Positions 15,290 through 23,968 of a stretch of DNA of 32,000 nucleotides are shown piece by piece. Source of the stretch: Dickeya solani IPO 2222. Lineage in GTDB: Bacteria > Pseudomonadota > Gammaproteobacteria > Enterobacterales > Enterobacteriaceae. Each line of letters starts with the position of its first letter. Position 1 is the stretch's first letter. The stretch covers positions 1,230,001 through 1,262,000 of the forward strand of contig NZ_CP015137.1 of the NCBI RefSeq assembly GCF_001644705.1. The letters run 5' to 3'. A program made the translations under genes and the position numbers. A model generated the notes under the pieces. It was not told the DNA's origin. It ran no database searches and saw only the letters and a list, made by a program, of their open reading frames with translations.

Positions 15290-16050
15290 GCACTCACCAG
15301 TTGCAGATTGAACGGCTGCGCCCGAAGCTGACGCTCCACCTCCGGCGGCAAACTGCTGTCGGTGATGATATCGGTCAGTTCAGACAACGGCGAGACGCAA
15401 AACAGCGAGTAAGCACCGTATTTGCTGCTGTCGGCCAGCAACACCCGGCGGCTGGCGTTAACGCCTAAATCCTGCTTGATACCCGACTTTTCTTCAGTGG
15501 GGGTGGTGATACCCTTCTCCAGGCTCCAGGAGTTACAACTGATAAAGGCGATGTCCGGGTAGACGCTGCGCAGCAAACGACGACCGTGTTCGCCGATGCA
15601 GGACTGGCTGCTGTCGTCGATACGACCGCCGATGATCGTCACTTCGATCTGCTTGAACTCGGAGAGAAACAGCGCGATCTGCAAGTCGGCGGTGATCACC
15701 CGCAGCGGCAGATGAGTCAGGTTGCGCGCCAGCTCCATCATGGTGGTACCGGCGTCCAGCACCACCGCGTTGCCGGGCTGCACCAGCGACGCCGCATACC
15801 GCGCAATAGCCTGTTTTTCCGACAGATTGCGCTGCAACTTTTCATTGGTGGTCGGCTGGGAAGGGATAAAGCGGTTGAGCGTCACCCCGCCGTGGCTACG
15901 GCTGATGACGCCCTGCTCGTCCAGCTTGATCAAATCGCGGCGAATCGTCGCCGGGGACGCATCAATGACTGTCACTAGTTCATCCACCGTCACCAGATTA
16001 TGGCTTTTCAGATAATCCAGAATCTGATCGAGACGGCTTTGTCCTTTCAC
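15280..16050 (-). CDS. DeoR-family transcriptional regulator
   Basis: N-terminal winged HTH ([50 protein letters not shown]) and a C-terminal DeoR sugar-phosphate sensor domain. I prefer GTG 16050 (GGAGAA 4 nt upstream). The longest ORF starts at TTG 16083. Confidence 0.85.
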   Translation of the reverse strand: MKGQSRLDQILDYLKSHNLVTVDELVTVIDASPATIRRDLIKLDEQGVISRSHGGVTLNRFIPSQPTTNEKLQRNLSEKQAIARYAASLVQPGNAVVLDAGTTMMELARNLTHLPLRVITADLQIALFLSEFKQIEVTIIGGRIDDSSQSCIGEHGRRLLRSVYPDIAFISCNSWSLEKGITTPTEEKSGIKQDLGVNASRRVLLADSSKYGAYSLFCVSPLSELTDIITDSSLPPEVERQLRAQPFNLQLVSAGR

Positions 16051-16131
16051 TCGTTCTCCATTTACACGCAACGTATCAGTCAATGTGTGTGCCCCACGAC
16101 GTATTCAACGGTTCCATACTCTGCGATTCTA

Positions 16132-17112
16132 TCAGGCCAGTTGCATCGCTAATTTGATAGAGATCGCCATGCTCTCAGACTTCGCTTTACCTGTCCAGGC
16201 GATATCAAACGCGGTGCCGTGGTCCGCGGAGGTGCGGATAAACGGCAGTCCGGCGGTGATATTCACGCCATCATAAAAGCCCAGCAGCTTGAGCGGAATG
16301 TGCCCTTGATCGTGGTACATCGCCACCACCATGTCGTATTGCCCCTCGTACGCCTGCAGATAGACGGTATCCGGCGGGCACGGGCCGTAGGCGTCGATGC
16401 CTTTGGCTTTCATCGCCTCGATGGACGGGCCGACGATGGTGATCTCTTCGTCGCCGAACAGGCCGTTCTCGCCCGCGTGCGGGTTCACCCCAGCCACGGC
16501 GATGCGCGGCGACTGATAACCAACGCGTTTCAGGAAGGTGTCCGCCATCGCAATCACGGTTTCCACCCGCTCACGGTTAAGCGTATCCAGGAATTTGCGC
16601 AGCGCAATGTGGGTGGTGACGTGGATCACCTTCAGTTTGTCGGTATACAGCACCATCGCGTAGTCGCGGCTGTTGGTCAGTTTCGCCAGCAGCTCGGTGT
16701 GCCCCGGATAAAGATGTCCGGCGGAGTGCAACGCTTCCTTATTGAGCGGCGCGGTGGCAATCGCTTGCACCTCGCCCGCCATCGCCAGTTCGGTAGCGCG
16801 CTTCACGCAGCGATACGCCAGATCACCGGCCTGCGCCTGCACCACCCCTTTTTTCAGACCCTGCGGATCGGCCAGCGGTTCGTCGATCACGTTGATAACG
16901 CCGGGAGCGAAACGCGCGTCGGCGGGACGCTCAATCTCATTGAGTTCCACCTGCGGCACAACGCCTAACGCCAGAATGCGGCGCAGCGTCTGCACGCAGC
17001 CCACCACCACCGCCGGCGCGCCGGACAGTTCACCTTCGGCCAACGATTTGATGATGATTTCCGGGCCGATACCCGCCGGGTCGCCCATGGTTACCGCAAT
17101 AATTTTACTCAC
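16132..17112 (-). CDS. pdxA2: PdxA-family NAD-dependent oxidative decarboxylase, PdxA2-type (4-phospho-D-threonate / 4-phospho-D-erythronate dehydrogenase)
   Basis: PdxA family motifs are present: [42 protein letters not shown] and [17 protein letters not shown] 17112 with GAGGAGA upstream overlaps the kinase 3' end by 8 nt. The PdxA2 subtype is inferred from pairing with a DUF1537 kinase. Confidence 0.8.
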   Translation of the reverse strand: MSKIIAVTMGDPAGIGPEIIIKSLAEGELSGAPAVVVGCVQTLRRILALGVVPQVELNEIERPADARFAPGVINVIDEPLADPQGLKKGVVQAQAGDLAYRCVKRATELAMAGEVQAIATAPLNKEALHSAGHLYPGHTELLAKLTNSRDYAMVLYTDKLKVIHVTTHIALRKFLDTLNRERVETVIAMADTFLKRVGYQSPRIAVAGVNPHAGENGLFGDEEITIVGPSIEAMKAKGIDAYGPCPPDTVYLQAYEGQYDMVVAMYHDQGHIPLKLLGFYDGVNITAGLPFIRTSADHGTAFDIAWTGKAKSESMAISIKLAMQLA

Positions 17113-18391
17113 ACACGCTCTCCTCAATAAAACGCAATACATTCAGCAGGGTAGCTTCATCGCCAAACCCGCCCGCTTTCGTCATCACGGGAATATCGCC
17201 CACCAGACTGTCCAGTAGACGCCCCCAGGGTACGCAGGAAGCAATCTGTCCATTGATGCGGAATCCGCTGGCCTCCAGTGCGGTTGCCGCGGCAATGGCG
17301 ATATCTCCGCCGGATAAATAGAGCCCGCCCGGCCGCTGACGCTGCACAATGTGCCGCGTTAGCTCGCCCAGCCGGCGACTGATCGTCTCTCCCAGTTGCT
17401 GACGGCTCATGCCGTAGCGCTGGCACAGACGGTCCACCTCAAATCGCTGGTTATCATCGTGGCAGGTACGAATCACGCAGTGACGGCCTGCCGCCAGCGT
17501 CGACGCCGCCTGCCGGCACGTTTGCGCCAGCGTATCGTCGCCAGTCGCCAGCAACCCGGCGATATCCAGGTCAATCAGCGTGACGTCCGGCCGCTGGCTG
17601 ACCGCCTTGATCTGCAATTGAGCGATTTCACTCATCGAACCAATCACCGCCAGCAACGCGCGGCAGGGCGCCGGAAACGCCAGATGCTGCGCCAGCGCCT
17701 CGCTCAGCCCGGCAGAGCCGACCAGCAGCGGTTTTTCCGCCAGTTGAGCCGCCGCCGCAATAATACGGTCGAGATCCTGCTGACATTCGGCGTCCAGCAC
17801 CACCAGCCGTATCCCGCTGTGTTGCAACTGTTGCAGCCGCGCCGCCAGATCGCCGTAGCGAACCTCGTTCAGGGACAGCGCTGCCTGCGCCAGGCCGGTC
17901 TGTTCCGCCAGCCGCTCACCGATTGACGCCGAACACACCGGCGTTTTCGGGTCGCTGGCGAACTCGGTATCGGTCAGCAATTTACCGTGCACCCATACCT
18001 GCCCGTCGCGGGTGATGCGACCCAGCGCCGGCGCCGCAGGCGCTATCAGTGCCAGCGACAGATCGGCGGCGTTCAGCGCGGCTTCAATTTCCGCGCCTGG
18101 ATTGCCGCGCAGCGTGGAGTCCACCTTTTTGACAATCCAGCCGTGCGCGCCGCTCTTGCGCCACATTTCTACCGCCTGTGCGGTACGTTCCGCCGCCAGC
18201 GAGGCCGCGACCGCGCGGCTGTCGGTGTTGACCACCAGCGCGTCGTCCGGCTGCCCGGCACGGATCGCCGCGGCGTCAAACATCACATTCACCCGTGCGC
18301 CCTGCAGCGCCAGTCCGACGCCTGCATCATTGGCGCCGGTGAAGTCATCCGCCACTACCAATATCCGAGTGAGTTCACGCCTGTCCGGCAT
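17105..18391 (-). CDS. DUF1537-family four-carbon acid-sugar kinase (DtnK/DenK/OtnK family)
   Basis: 428 aa. The N-terminus [15 protein letters not shown] is the conserved DDxTGxxD motif of DUF1537 kinases. The two-domain length and the adjacency to a PdxA-family gene fit the family. Confidence 0.8.
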   Translation of the reverse strand: MPDRRELTRILVVADDFTGANDAGVGLALQGARVNVMFDAAAIRAGQPDDALVVNTDSRAVAASLAAERTAQAVEMWRKSGAHGWIVKKVDSTLRGNPGAEIEAALNAADLSLALIAPAAPALGRITRDGQVWVHGKLLTDTEFASDPKTPVCSASIGERLAEQTGLAQAALSLNEVRYGDLAARLQQLQHSGIRLVVLDAECQQDLDRIIAAAAQLAEKPLLVGSAGLSEALAQHLAFPAPCRALLAVIGSMSEIAQLQIKAVSQRPDVTLIDLDIAGLLATGDDTLAQTCRQAASTLAAGRHCVIRTCHDDNQRFEVDRLCQRYGMSRQQLGETISRRLGELTRHIVQRQRPGGLYLSGGDIAIAAATALEASGFRINGQIASCVPWGRLLDSLVGDIPVMTKAGGFGDEATLLNVLRFIEESVCE

Positions 18392-18405
18392 AGCCGCTCT
18401 CCGTC

Positions 18406-18478
18406 AGTTCGATGTTAGTTCGATTACCTGAAATTGATTATATTGAATCACGTTTGATTATATGTGAGCAACATCAAA
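18406..18478. promoter_or_regulatory. Cluster of direct repeats and a CRP-like site in the divergent control region
   Basis: AGTTCGAT occurs twice (18406-18413 and 18417-18424). TTGATTATAT occurs twice exactly 20 bp apart (18434-18443 and 18454-18463). TGTGAgcaacaTCAAA (18463-18478) matches the CRP consensus TGTGA-N6-TCACA at 9 of 10 positions. An inverted repeat TCACAT-N7-ATGTGA lies at 18542-18560. Confidence 0.4.
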
Positions 18479-18616
18479 TTATTCGAAACCAATTTAACCT
18501 ATAAATTATCCACACAATGCGAGCAAAACGATTTTTTTCTGTCACATAAAAGAAATGTGATTGAAAAAAATCAGACTTATCCCGCTGAAGTCACAGCGAA
18601 AAGACAAGGTAACAGT

Positions 18617-19753
18617 ATGAATATCAACAGCACCCTCATCAGCGGTTATCAGGCACTTCAGGATTTGGGCTACCTCCTGCGCGGCAGGCAGCACGTGCTG
18701 CTGGTGACGGACAAAAATATCGTGGGGCTGGCCGGGGTACAGGCCCTGATCGCGCAACTGAAAGCGGGCGTGCCGCAACTGTCCCTGATAGATAATGTGC
18801 CGGCCGAACCCAGCCAGCATGATGTGGCTGCTGTGCTGCAACAGTTGCCGGCCACGCAGCCGGACCTGGTGGTCGGCGTGGGCGGCGGCAGCGTGCTGGA
18901 CGTGGCGAAACTGCTGTCGCTGCTGTGCGCCGGTGAAGAGGGCATCACGCTCGACAGCCTGCTGGAAGGCCGCAAGCCGACACGCCGCACTACCTCTCTG
19001 TTGATCCCAACCACCGCCGGCACCGGCTCTGAAGCCACGCCGAACGCTATTCTGGCGATCCCGGAGAAAGAAACCAAAGTCGGCATCATCACCCCGGTCA
19101 TGCTGCCGGATTACGTGGCGCTGGTGCCGGAGCTGACCACCAGCATGCCGGCGCATATCGCCGCGTCGACCGGCATTGATGCACTGTGCCACCTGATCGA
19201 ATGTTTCACCGCCACCATCGCCAACCCGGTAGCGGACAACTACGCGCTGATCGGCATGAAGAAGCTGTTCGCCAACATCGAAACCGCGGTGAACGAGCCG
19301 GACAACCTGGAAGCCCGCCTGAATATGCTGTGGGCCTCCTACTATGGCGGCGCGTCCATCGCGCATTCCGGCACCCATCTGGTGCACGCCATGTCTTACC
19401 CGCTGGGCGGCAAGTACCACATCCCGCACGGGGTGGCGAACGCCATTCTGCTGGCGCCCTGCATGCGCTTTGTTCAGCACGCGGCGGCGGAAAAATTCGC
19501 ACAGGCCTACGACCTGCTGCCGGATGCCGACCTGTCGCTGAACACCGAACAAAAAGCCCAGGCGCTGGTGGATTACTTCACTGCGCTGGTGAAACGGCTG
19601 AATTTGCCGTCTTCGCTGCAACAACTGGGGATCAGCCCGGACCACCTGCCGTATCTGGTGGAATCCGCACTGCAAGTGCAGCGGCTGATGAAAAATGTCC
19701 CGACCGCCGTTACGGCGGAAGACGTTCACGCCATTTATTCAACGTTGTTTTAA
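18617..19753 (+). CDS. Iron-containing (group III) alcohol dehydrogenase family oxidoreductase
   Basis: ATG 18617 gives MNINSTLISGYQALQDLG... Family motifs are GVGGGSVLDVAK, TTAGTGSE and the metal-binding His cluster (CHLIE..., HSGTHLVHAMSYPLGGKYHIPHG). The track start at 18464 lies in the AT-rich promoter region. Confidence 0.85.
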   Translation: MNINSTLISGYQALQDLGYLLRGRQHVLLVTDKNIVGLAGVQALIAQLKAGVPQLSLIDNVPAEPSQHDVAAVLQQLPATQPDLVVGVGGGSVLDVAKLLSLLCAGEEGITLDSLLEGRKPTRRTTSLLIPTTAGTGSEATPNAILAIPEKETKVGIITPVMLPDYVALVPELTTSMPAHIAASTGIDALCHLIECFTATIANPVADNYALIGMKKLFANIETAVNEPDNLEARLNMLWASYYGGASIAHSGTHLVHAMSYPLGGKYHIPHGVANAILLAPCMRFVQHAAAEKFAQAYDLLPDADLSLNTEQKAQALVDYFTALVKRLNLPSSLQQLGISPDHLPYLVESALQVQRLMKNVPTAVTAEDVHAIYSTLF

Positions 19754-19821
19754 GCGCGCGTTTTAGTCGCGCATTTTACCAACGTCGCTCTGGATGATGA
19801 AAATACCGAGGAACAATAACG

Positions 19822-20706
19822 ATGACTAGACCGATTACGGGCGTACTGACGGCGATCGTCACGCCTTTTGACCATCAGGGGGAATTTAGCCCCGCCGCTA
19901 TGCGCCAGCAGGTTCAACGCCAGATGCGCTACGGCAACGGCATTTTCTGTAACGGCACCAACGGCGAGTTCTTTGTACTGCACACCGATGAAAAGGTGGC
20001 CGTCACCGAAACCTGCGTTGATGAAGTCGCCGGCAAGGTGCCGGTGGTGGCGCACATCGGGGAAATCTCCACCCGTGAAACCATCAAGCTCGGCAAGCGT
20101 ATCGCCGCGCTGGGCGTGGATGCGGTGTCGGTGATCACCCCTTACTTTGTGCCGCTCAAACAAAGCGAGCTGATCGCGCACTACCGCGAAGTGGCGGACG
20201 CGCTGCCGGTGCCGATATTCCTGTATAACATTCCGGCCCGCACCGGCAACACCCTGCAGCCAGAGACAGTGCGGATTCTGGCGGATCATCCCAACATCAT
20301 CGGCATCAAAGACAGCGCCGGCAGCTATGAAAGCCTGAGCGGTTTCCTGCAAGCGGTGAAAGACATGCCGAACTGCGACGTGCTCAACGGGCCGGACTCA
20401 CTGATCCATCAGGGGTTTGTCGACGGCTGTTCCGCCTGTATTTCCGGCCTCGCCAACGTGGCGCCGGAAGCCATCAGCCAAATCTGGCACCGTTTCCACG
20501 CTGGCGATATCGAAGGCTCCCGCCTGGCGCAGGAGCAGGTGAGCGAACTGCGTAAAACGCTGTACGCGGTGGCGTTCTCCCCTGCGGTGGTGAAAAAGGC
20601 GCTGACGCTGATGGGACAGGATGTGGGCGTCAGCCGTTACCCGATTCAGTTCTCACAACAAGACGAAGATACCATTCGCGCCATTATCAAACCGTTCTCG
20701 CACTGA
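19822..20706 (+). CDS. DapA/NanA-family class I pyruvate aldolase (N-acetylneuraminate-lyase-like; substrate unknown)
   Basis: 294 aa with the motifs GTNGEF (GxxGE), YNIP (catalytic Tyr) and IGIKDS (Schiff-base Lys). Confidence 0.85.
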   Translation: MTRPITGVLTAIVTPFDHQGEFSPAAMRQQVQRQMRYGNGIFCNGTNGEFFVLHTDEKVAVTETCVDEVAGKVPVVAHIGEISTRETIKLGKRIAALGVDAVSVITPYFVPLKQSELIAHYREVADALPVPIFLYNIPARTGNTLQPETVRILADHPNIIGIKDSAGSYESLSGFLQAVKDMPNCDVLNGPDSLIHQGFVDGCSACISGLANVAPEAISQIWHRFHAGDIEGSRLAQEQVSELRKTLYAVAFSPAVVKKALTLMGQDVGVSRYPIQFSQQDEDTIRAIIKPFSH

Positions 20707-20743
20707 ATGAGAACTTACCCTTACTCCTACAGGATCGAAAACC

Positions 20744-22165
20744 ATGAACCATTTTGATCTGACAGACACACTTATCATCGTCGGGATAATTGTCGTCTAC
20801 ATCGCCCTTACATCCTTGCTGACCTTGCGGCTGCGCAGTAATTCCAACTCGGAATTCATGGAAGGTTCGCGCGCGTTGCCGGCGTTTATCGTCGGCGTGC
20901 TGCTGATGACCGAGTTTATCGGCGCCAAGTCTACGGTCGGTACCTCACAGGCGGCCTTTGAAAGCGGTATCGCCGCGTCCTGGTCGGTGATCGGCGCCGC
21001 CATCGGCTTCCTGCTGTTCGGGATGATTCTGGTGAAAAAGATCTATAACACCGGGAAAATCACTATTTCTGGCGCTATCGCCGAACGCTATGGCAATACC
21101 ACCAAGAATATTATCTCCATCATCATGATCTACGCGCTGTTGCTGGTTAACGTGGGTAACTACGTCAGCGGCGCCGCCGCCATTTCCACCGTACTGAAAG
21201 TGAGCCTGCCGGTCGCGGCGCTGATTACCGCCATCGTCAGTACCTTCTACTTCTACTTCGGCGGCATCAAAGGCGTGGCGTACGTGACGCTGATCCACAG
21301 CGGCATGAAATACATCGGGGTGATGGTCATTCTGTTCGTGGCGTTGAAAATGACCGGCGGCATTACACCGATGGTCGAGAAGATGCCGGAGTTCTACTGG
21401 ACCTGGGACGGCAACATCGGCGCCAGCACTATCGGTGCATGGCTTATCGGCACCATCGGTTCCATTTTCTGCACCCAGTTCGTGATTCAGGCTATCGCTT
21501 CCACCAAGGATGAGAAATCCGCCAAACGCGCGACCTGGATTGCATTCCTGTTCTGTATGCCGATCGCGCTGGCGATTGCGATTATCGGCGTCGCCGCCAA
21601 ATTCGTACATCCGGAAATCAAGAGCCTGTACGCCCTGCCGATCTTCCTGCAGGACATGAACCCCTGGCTGGCTGGCTTAGTGACCACCTCGTTGGTGGCG
21701 TCCATCTTCATCAGCGTCAGTACCGTTGCGCTGGCGATCGCTTCGCTGGTCGTGAAAGATTTCTACGTGCCTTATTGCAAACCGACGCCGGAAAAAGAGT
21801 TCAAGATGACCCGCGTGTTCTCGCTGATCATCGGTTTCCTGCCGCTGGTGTTCGTGCTGCTGGTGCCGGAAGTGCTGAAGCTGTCGTTCTTCACCCGCGC
21901 CATTCGCCTGTCGATTTCCGTGGTGGCGATGGTCGCCTTCTACCTGCCGTTCTTCAGTAGTTCCCGTGGCATCAACACCGGTCTGATCCTGTCCTGCGTG
22001 GTCACATCCATCTGGTACATAATGGGTAACCCGTTCGGCATCGACAATATGTACATTGCGCTGTTGACCCCGGCAGTGGTGATGGTTATCGACCGTCTGA
22101 TCCCCAACAAGGCGGCGAAGACCAAACAGCAAACCGAACCCTCCATACCTCATTCTGGAGCATAA
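20744..22165 (+). CDS. Sodium:solute symporter (SSS) family transporter
   Basis: 473 aa with about 13 hydrophobic segments and an SSF-like N-terminus (FMEGSRALPAFIVGVLLMTEFIGAKSTVG). Confidence 0.85.
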   Translation: MNHFDLTDTLIIVGIIVVYIALTSLLTLRLRSNSNSEFMEGSRALPAFIVGVLLMTEFIGAKSTVGTSQAAFESGIAASWSVIGAAIGFLLFGMILVKKIYNTGKITISGAIAERYGNTTKNIISIIMIYALLLVNVGNYVSGAAAISTVLKVSLPVAALITAIVSTFYFYFGGIKGVAYVTLIHSGMKYIGVMVILFVALKMTGGITPMVEKMPEFYWTWDGNIGASTIGAWLIGTIGSIFCTQFVIQAIASTKDEKSAKRATWIAFLFCMPIALAIAIIGVAAKFVHPEIKSLYALPIFLQDMNPWLAGLVTTSLVASIFISVSTVALAIASLVVKDFYVPYCKPTPEKEFKMTRVFSLIIGFLPLVFVLLVPEVLKLSFFTRAIRLSISVVAMVAFYLPFFSSSRGINTGLILSCVVTSIWYIMGNPFGIDNMYIALLTPAVVMVIDRLIPNKAAKTKQQTEPSIPHSGA

Positions 22166-22171
22166 ATAGTC

Positions 22172-23347
22172 ATGACGACCGAAACCATTACCATCGAACG
22201 CAGCGGCCTGGTTCATGCGGCAGACAACGACAGCCAGCGTATTGACGCCTACATCCCGTCGGAACGCCCGCAGAATCACGCAGCCAACCTGCTGCACCTG
22301 CCTAACGGCGACGTGCTGTGCGTCTGGTTTGGCGGCACCCAGGAAGGGGTGTCGGACATCTCGATTTATCTGTCGCGGCTGGTGAAAGGGAGCGGGCAAT
22401 GGACGCCCGCCGTTAAACTCTCCGACGACCCGATGCGTTCCGAGCAGAACCCGGTGCTGTTCCTGGCGCCGGACGGCGTGCTGTGGTTACTGTACACCGC
22501 GCAGAAATCCGGTAATCAGGACACCGCCATCGTGCGTTACCGTCAGTCGCTGGATCAGGGCTACACCTGGGGCGACATCGGCACACTGCTGGAGCAGCCC
22601 GGTACTTTCATCCGCCAGCCGATTACCGTGCTGTCCAACGGCGACTGGCTGCTGCCGGTGTTCTACTGCCGCACCCAGCCGGGTGAAAAATGGGTCGGCA
22701 ACGACGACATCAGCGCGGTAAAAATCTCCAGCGATCAGGGTAAAACCTGGCGTGAATCGGTGGTGCCGAACAGCACCGGTTGCGTACACATGAACATTAC
22801 GCCGCTCAAAGACGGTTCTCTGCTGGCGCTGTTCCGCAGCCGCTGGGCTGATTGTATCTACCGCAGCCACTCCACCGACGGCGGCGAAACCTGGTCTGAA
22901 CCGGTGCCGACCGTGCTGCCCAACAACAACTCGTCCATTCAGGTGACCACGCTGGACAACGGTCATCTGGCGCTGGTGTTCAACGCCATGAGCGCCGAAG
23001 GCGCCACCGAACGCCGTCTGTCGCTGTATGACGAAATCGAGGACGAAGAAGAAAACGACGCCAAAATGCCGGAGGTCTCGTCCGGACGCAGCGCCTTCTG
23101 GGGTGCGCCGCGCGCGCCGATGACGCTGGCGATCTCCGAAGACGGCGGGAAAACCTGGCCGTGGCAGCGCAATCTGGAAGTGGGCGACGGTTACTGCATG
23201 ACCAACAACTCGACCGAGAAGCTCAACCGCGAGTTTTCCTACCCCAGCATCAAGCAGGGGCCGGACGGCAAGCTGCACATCGCCTTTACCTACTTCCGGC
23301 AGGCCATCAAGTACGTCTGCGTCAGCGAAGAGTGGGTCAAGGGTTAA
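22172..23347 (+). CDS. BNR/Asp-box repeat sialidase-fold protein (exo-alpha-sialidase-like, PF13088-type), cytoplasmic
   Basis: Four Asp boxes are present: SLDQGYTW, SSDQGKTW, STDGGETW and SEDGGKTW. The N-terminal QRIDAYIP sits where the sialidase (F)RIP arginine motif would be. The C-terminal EFSYPSI resembles the nucleophile-Tyr context. There is no signal peptide. Confidence 0.8.
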   Translation: MTTETITIERSGLVHAADNDSQRIDAYIPSERPQNHAANLLHLPNGDVLCVWFGGTQEGVSDISIYLSRLVKGSGQWTPAVKLSDDPMRSEQNPVLFLAPDGVLWLLYTAQKSGNQDTAIVRYRQSLDQGYTWGDIGTLLEQPGTFIRQPITVLSNGDWLLPVFYCRTQPGEKWVGNDDISAVKISSDQGKTWRESVVPNSTGCVHMNITPLKDGSLLALFRSRWADCIYRSHSTDGGETWSEPVPTVLPNNNSSIQVTTLDNGHLALVFNAMSAEGATERRLSLYDEIEDEEENDAKMPEVSSGRSAFWGAPRAPMTLAISEDGGKTWPWQRNLEVGDGYCMTNNSTEKLNREFSYPSIKQGPDGKLHIAFTYFRQAIKYVCVSEEWVKG

Positions 23348-23358
23348 TACCTCGCTCG

Positions 23359-23381
23359 CCCTCCCCCGCTCAGGGGGAGGG
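23359..23381 (+). other. Intercistronic GC hairpin (9-bp stem)
   Basis: ccctccccc-gctca-gggggaggg lies 12 nt after the BNR-gene stop. No U-tract follows. Confidence 0.5.
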
Positions 23382-23450
23382 ACAACACAAGTTCCCCCAC
23401 TTGCCGACGCACGGCGCCGCCCGGTGGGTTGCCACATCCATTGCCTTCAG

Positions 23451-23482
23451 GGAGGCTATCGTCGCCTCCTTCAGTTAAGGAG
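23451..23482 (+). promoter_or_regulatory. Candidate SD-sequestering switch (GGAGGC / GCCTCCTT / AAGGAG)
   Basis: CTCCTT (23466-23471) is perfectly complementary to the yhcH-like RBS AAGGAG (23477-23482) across a 5-nt loop. The overlapping GCCTCC (23464-23469) is also perfectly complementary to the upstream GGAGGC (23451-23456). The two pairings are mutually exclusive. Confidence 0.35.
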
Positions 23483-23488
23483 TCATCC

Positions 23489-23962
23489 ATGATCGCAGGC
23501 AATCTGAATTATCTGCCGCTGGCGACGTTACCCGAGCCGCTGTGGCGTATTCTTTCCGGTTTCACGCTCGACCAGTTAAACGCCCTGCCGGAAGGCAAGT
23601 ACCAGCCGGACGGCGTTGACTGGTTCTACTCCATCGGTACCGTCTCCACCGCCCCGAAAGCCGAACGTCATACCGAATTCCACCGCCGTTTTCTCGATAT
23701 TCAACTGATTCTCGCCGGTGAAGAGATCATCGGTTACGACCTGAATGACGCCGGCGATCGCGCCGCGATCGAACGCAAACCAGACCTGTTCATTCTGGAA
23801 CAGCCGCAGGTGCCGCATGCCATCCGGCTGGCCGCCGGGGATTTCGTCACCTTCTATCCAGGCGAACCGCATCAGGCGCTGTGCGCAATCAACGACCAGC
23901 CGGCACCGGTGAAAAAAGCAGTGTTCAAGGTGCCGGTCGAACTACTGAACGCACCGAGGTAA
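23489..23962 (+). CDS. YhcH/YjgK/YiaL-family protein (DUF386; NanQ/EbgC-like cupin)
   Basis: ATG 23489 with AAGGAG upstream gives MIAGNLNYLPLATLPEPL..., and the motifs HRRFLDIQLILAGEE and FYPGEPH are characteristic of the family. The track start at 23429 lies in the structured intergenic region. Confidence 0.75.
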   Translation: MIAGNLNYLPLATLPEPLWRILSGFTLDQLNALPEGKYQPDGVDWFYSIGTVSTAPKAERHTEFHRRFLDIQLILAGEEIIGYDLNDAGDRAAIERKPDLFILEQPQVPHAIRLAAGDFVTFYPGEPHQALCAINDQPAPVKKAVFKVPVELLNAPR

Positions 23963-23968
23963 CGCCGA

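Noticed and set aside
18542-19729. 395-aa minus-strand ORF
   Set aside because: It is antisense to the Fe-alcohol dehydrogenase gene, which has all the family motifs. The product is Arg/Gln/His-rich shadow sequence.
20945-23437. Minus-strand ORFs of 221, 240 and 316 aa
   Set aside because: They are antisense to the SSS transporter and the BNR protein and have no motifs. The plus-strand genes are well supported by transmembrane pattern and Asp boxes.
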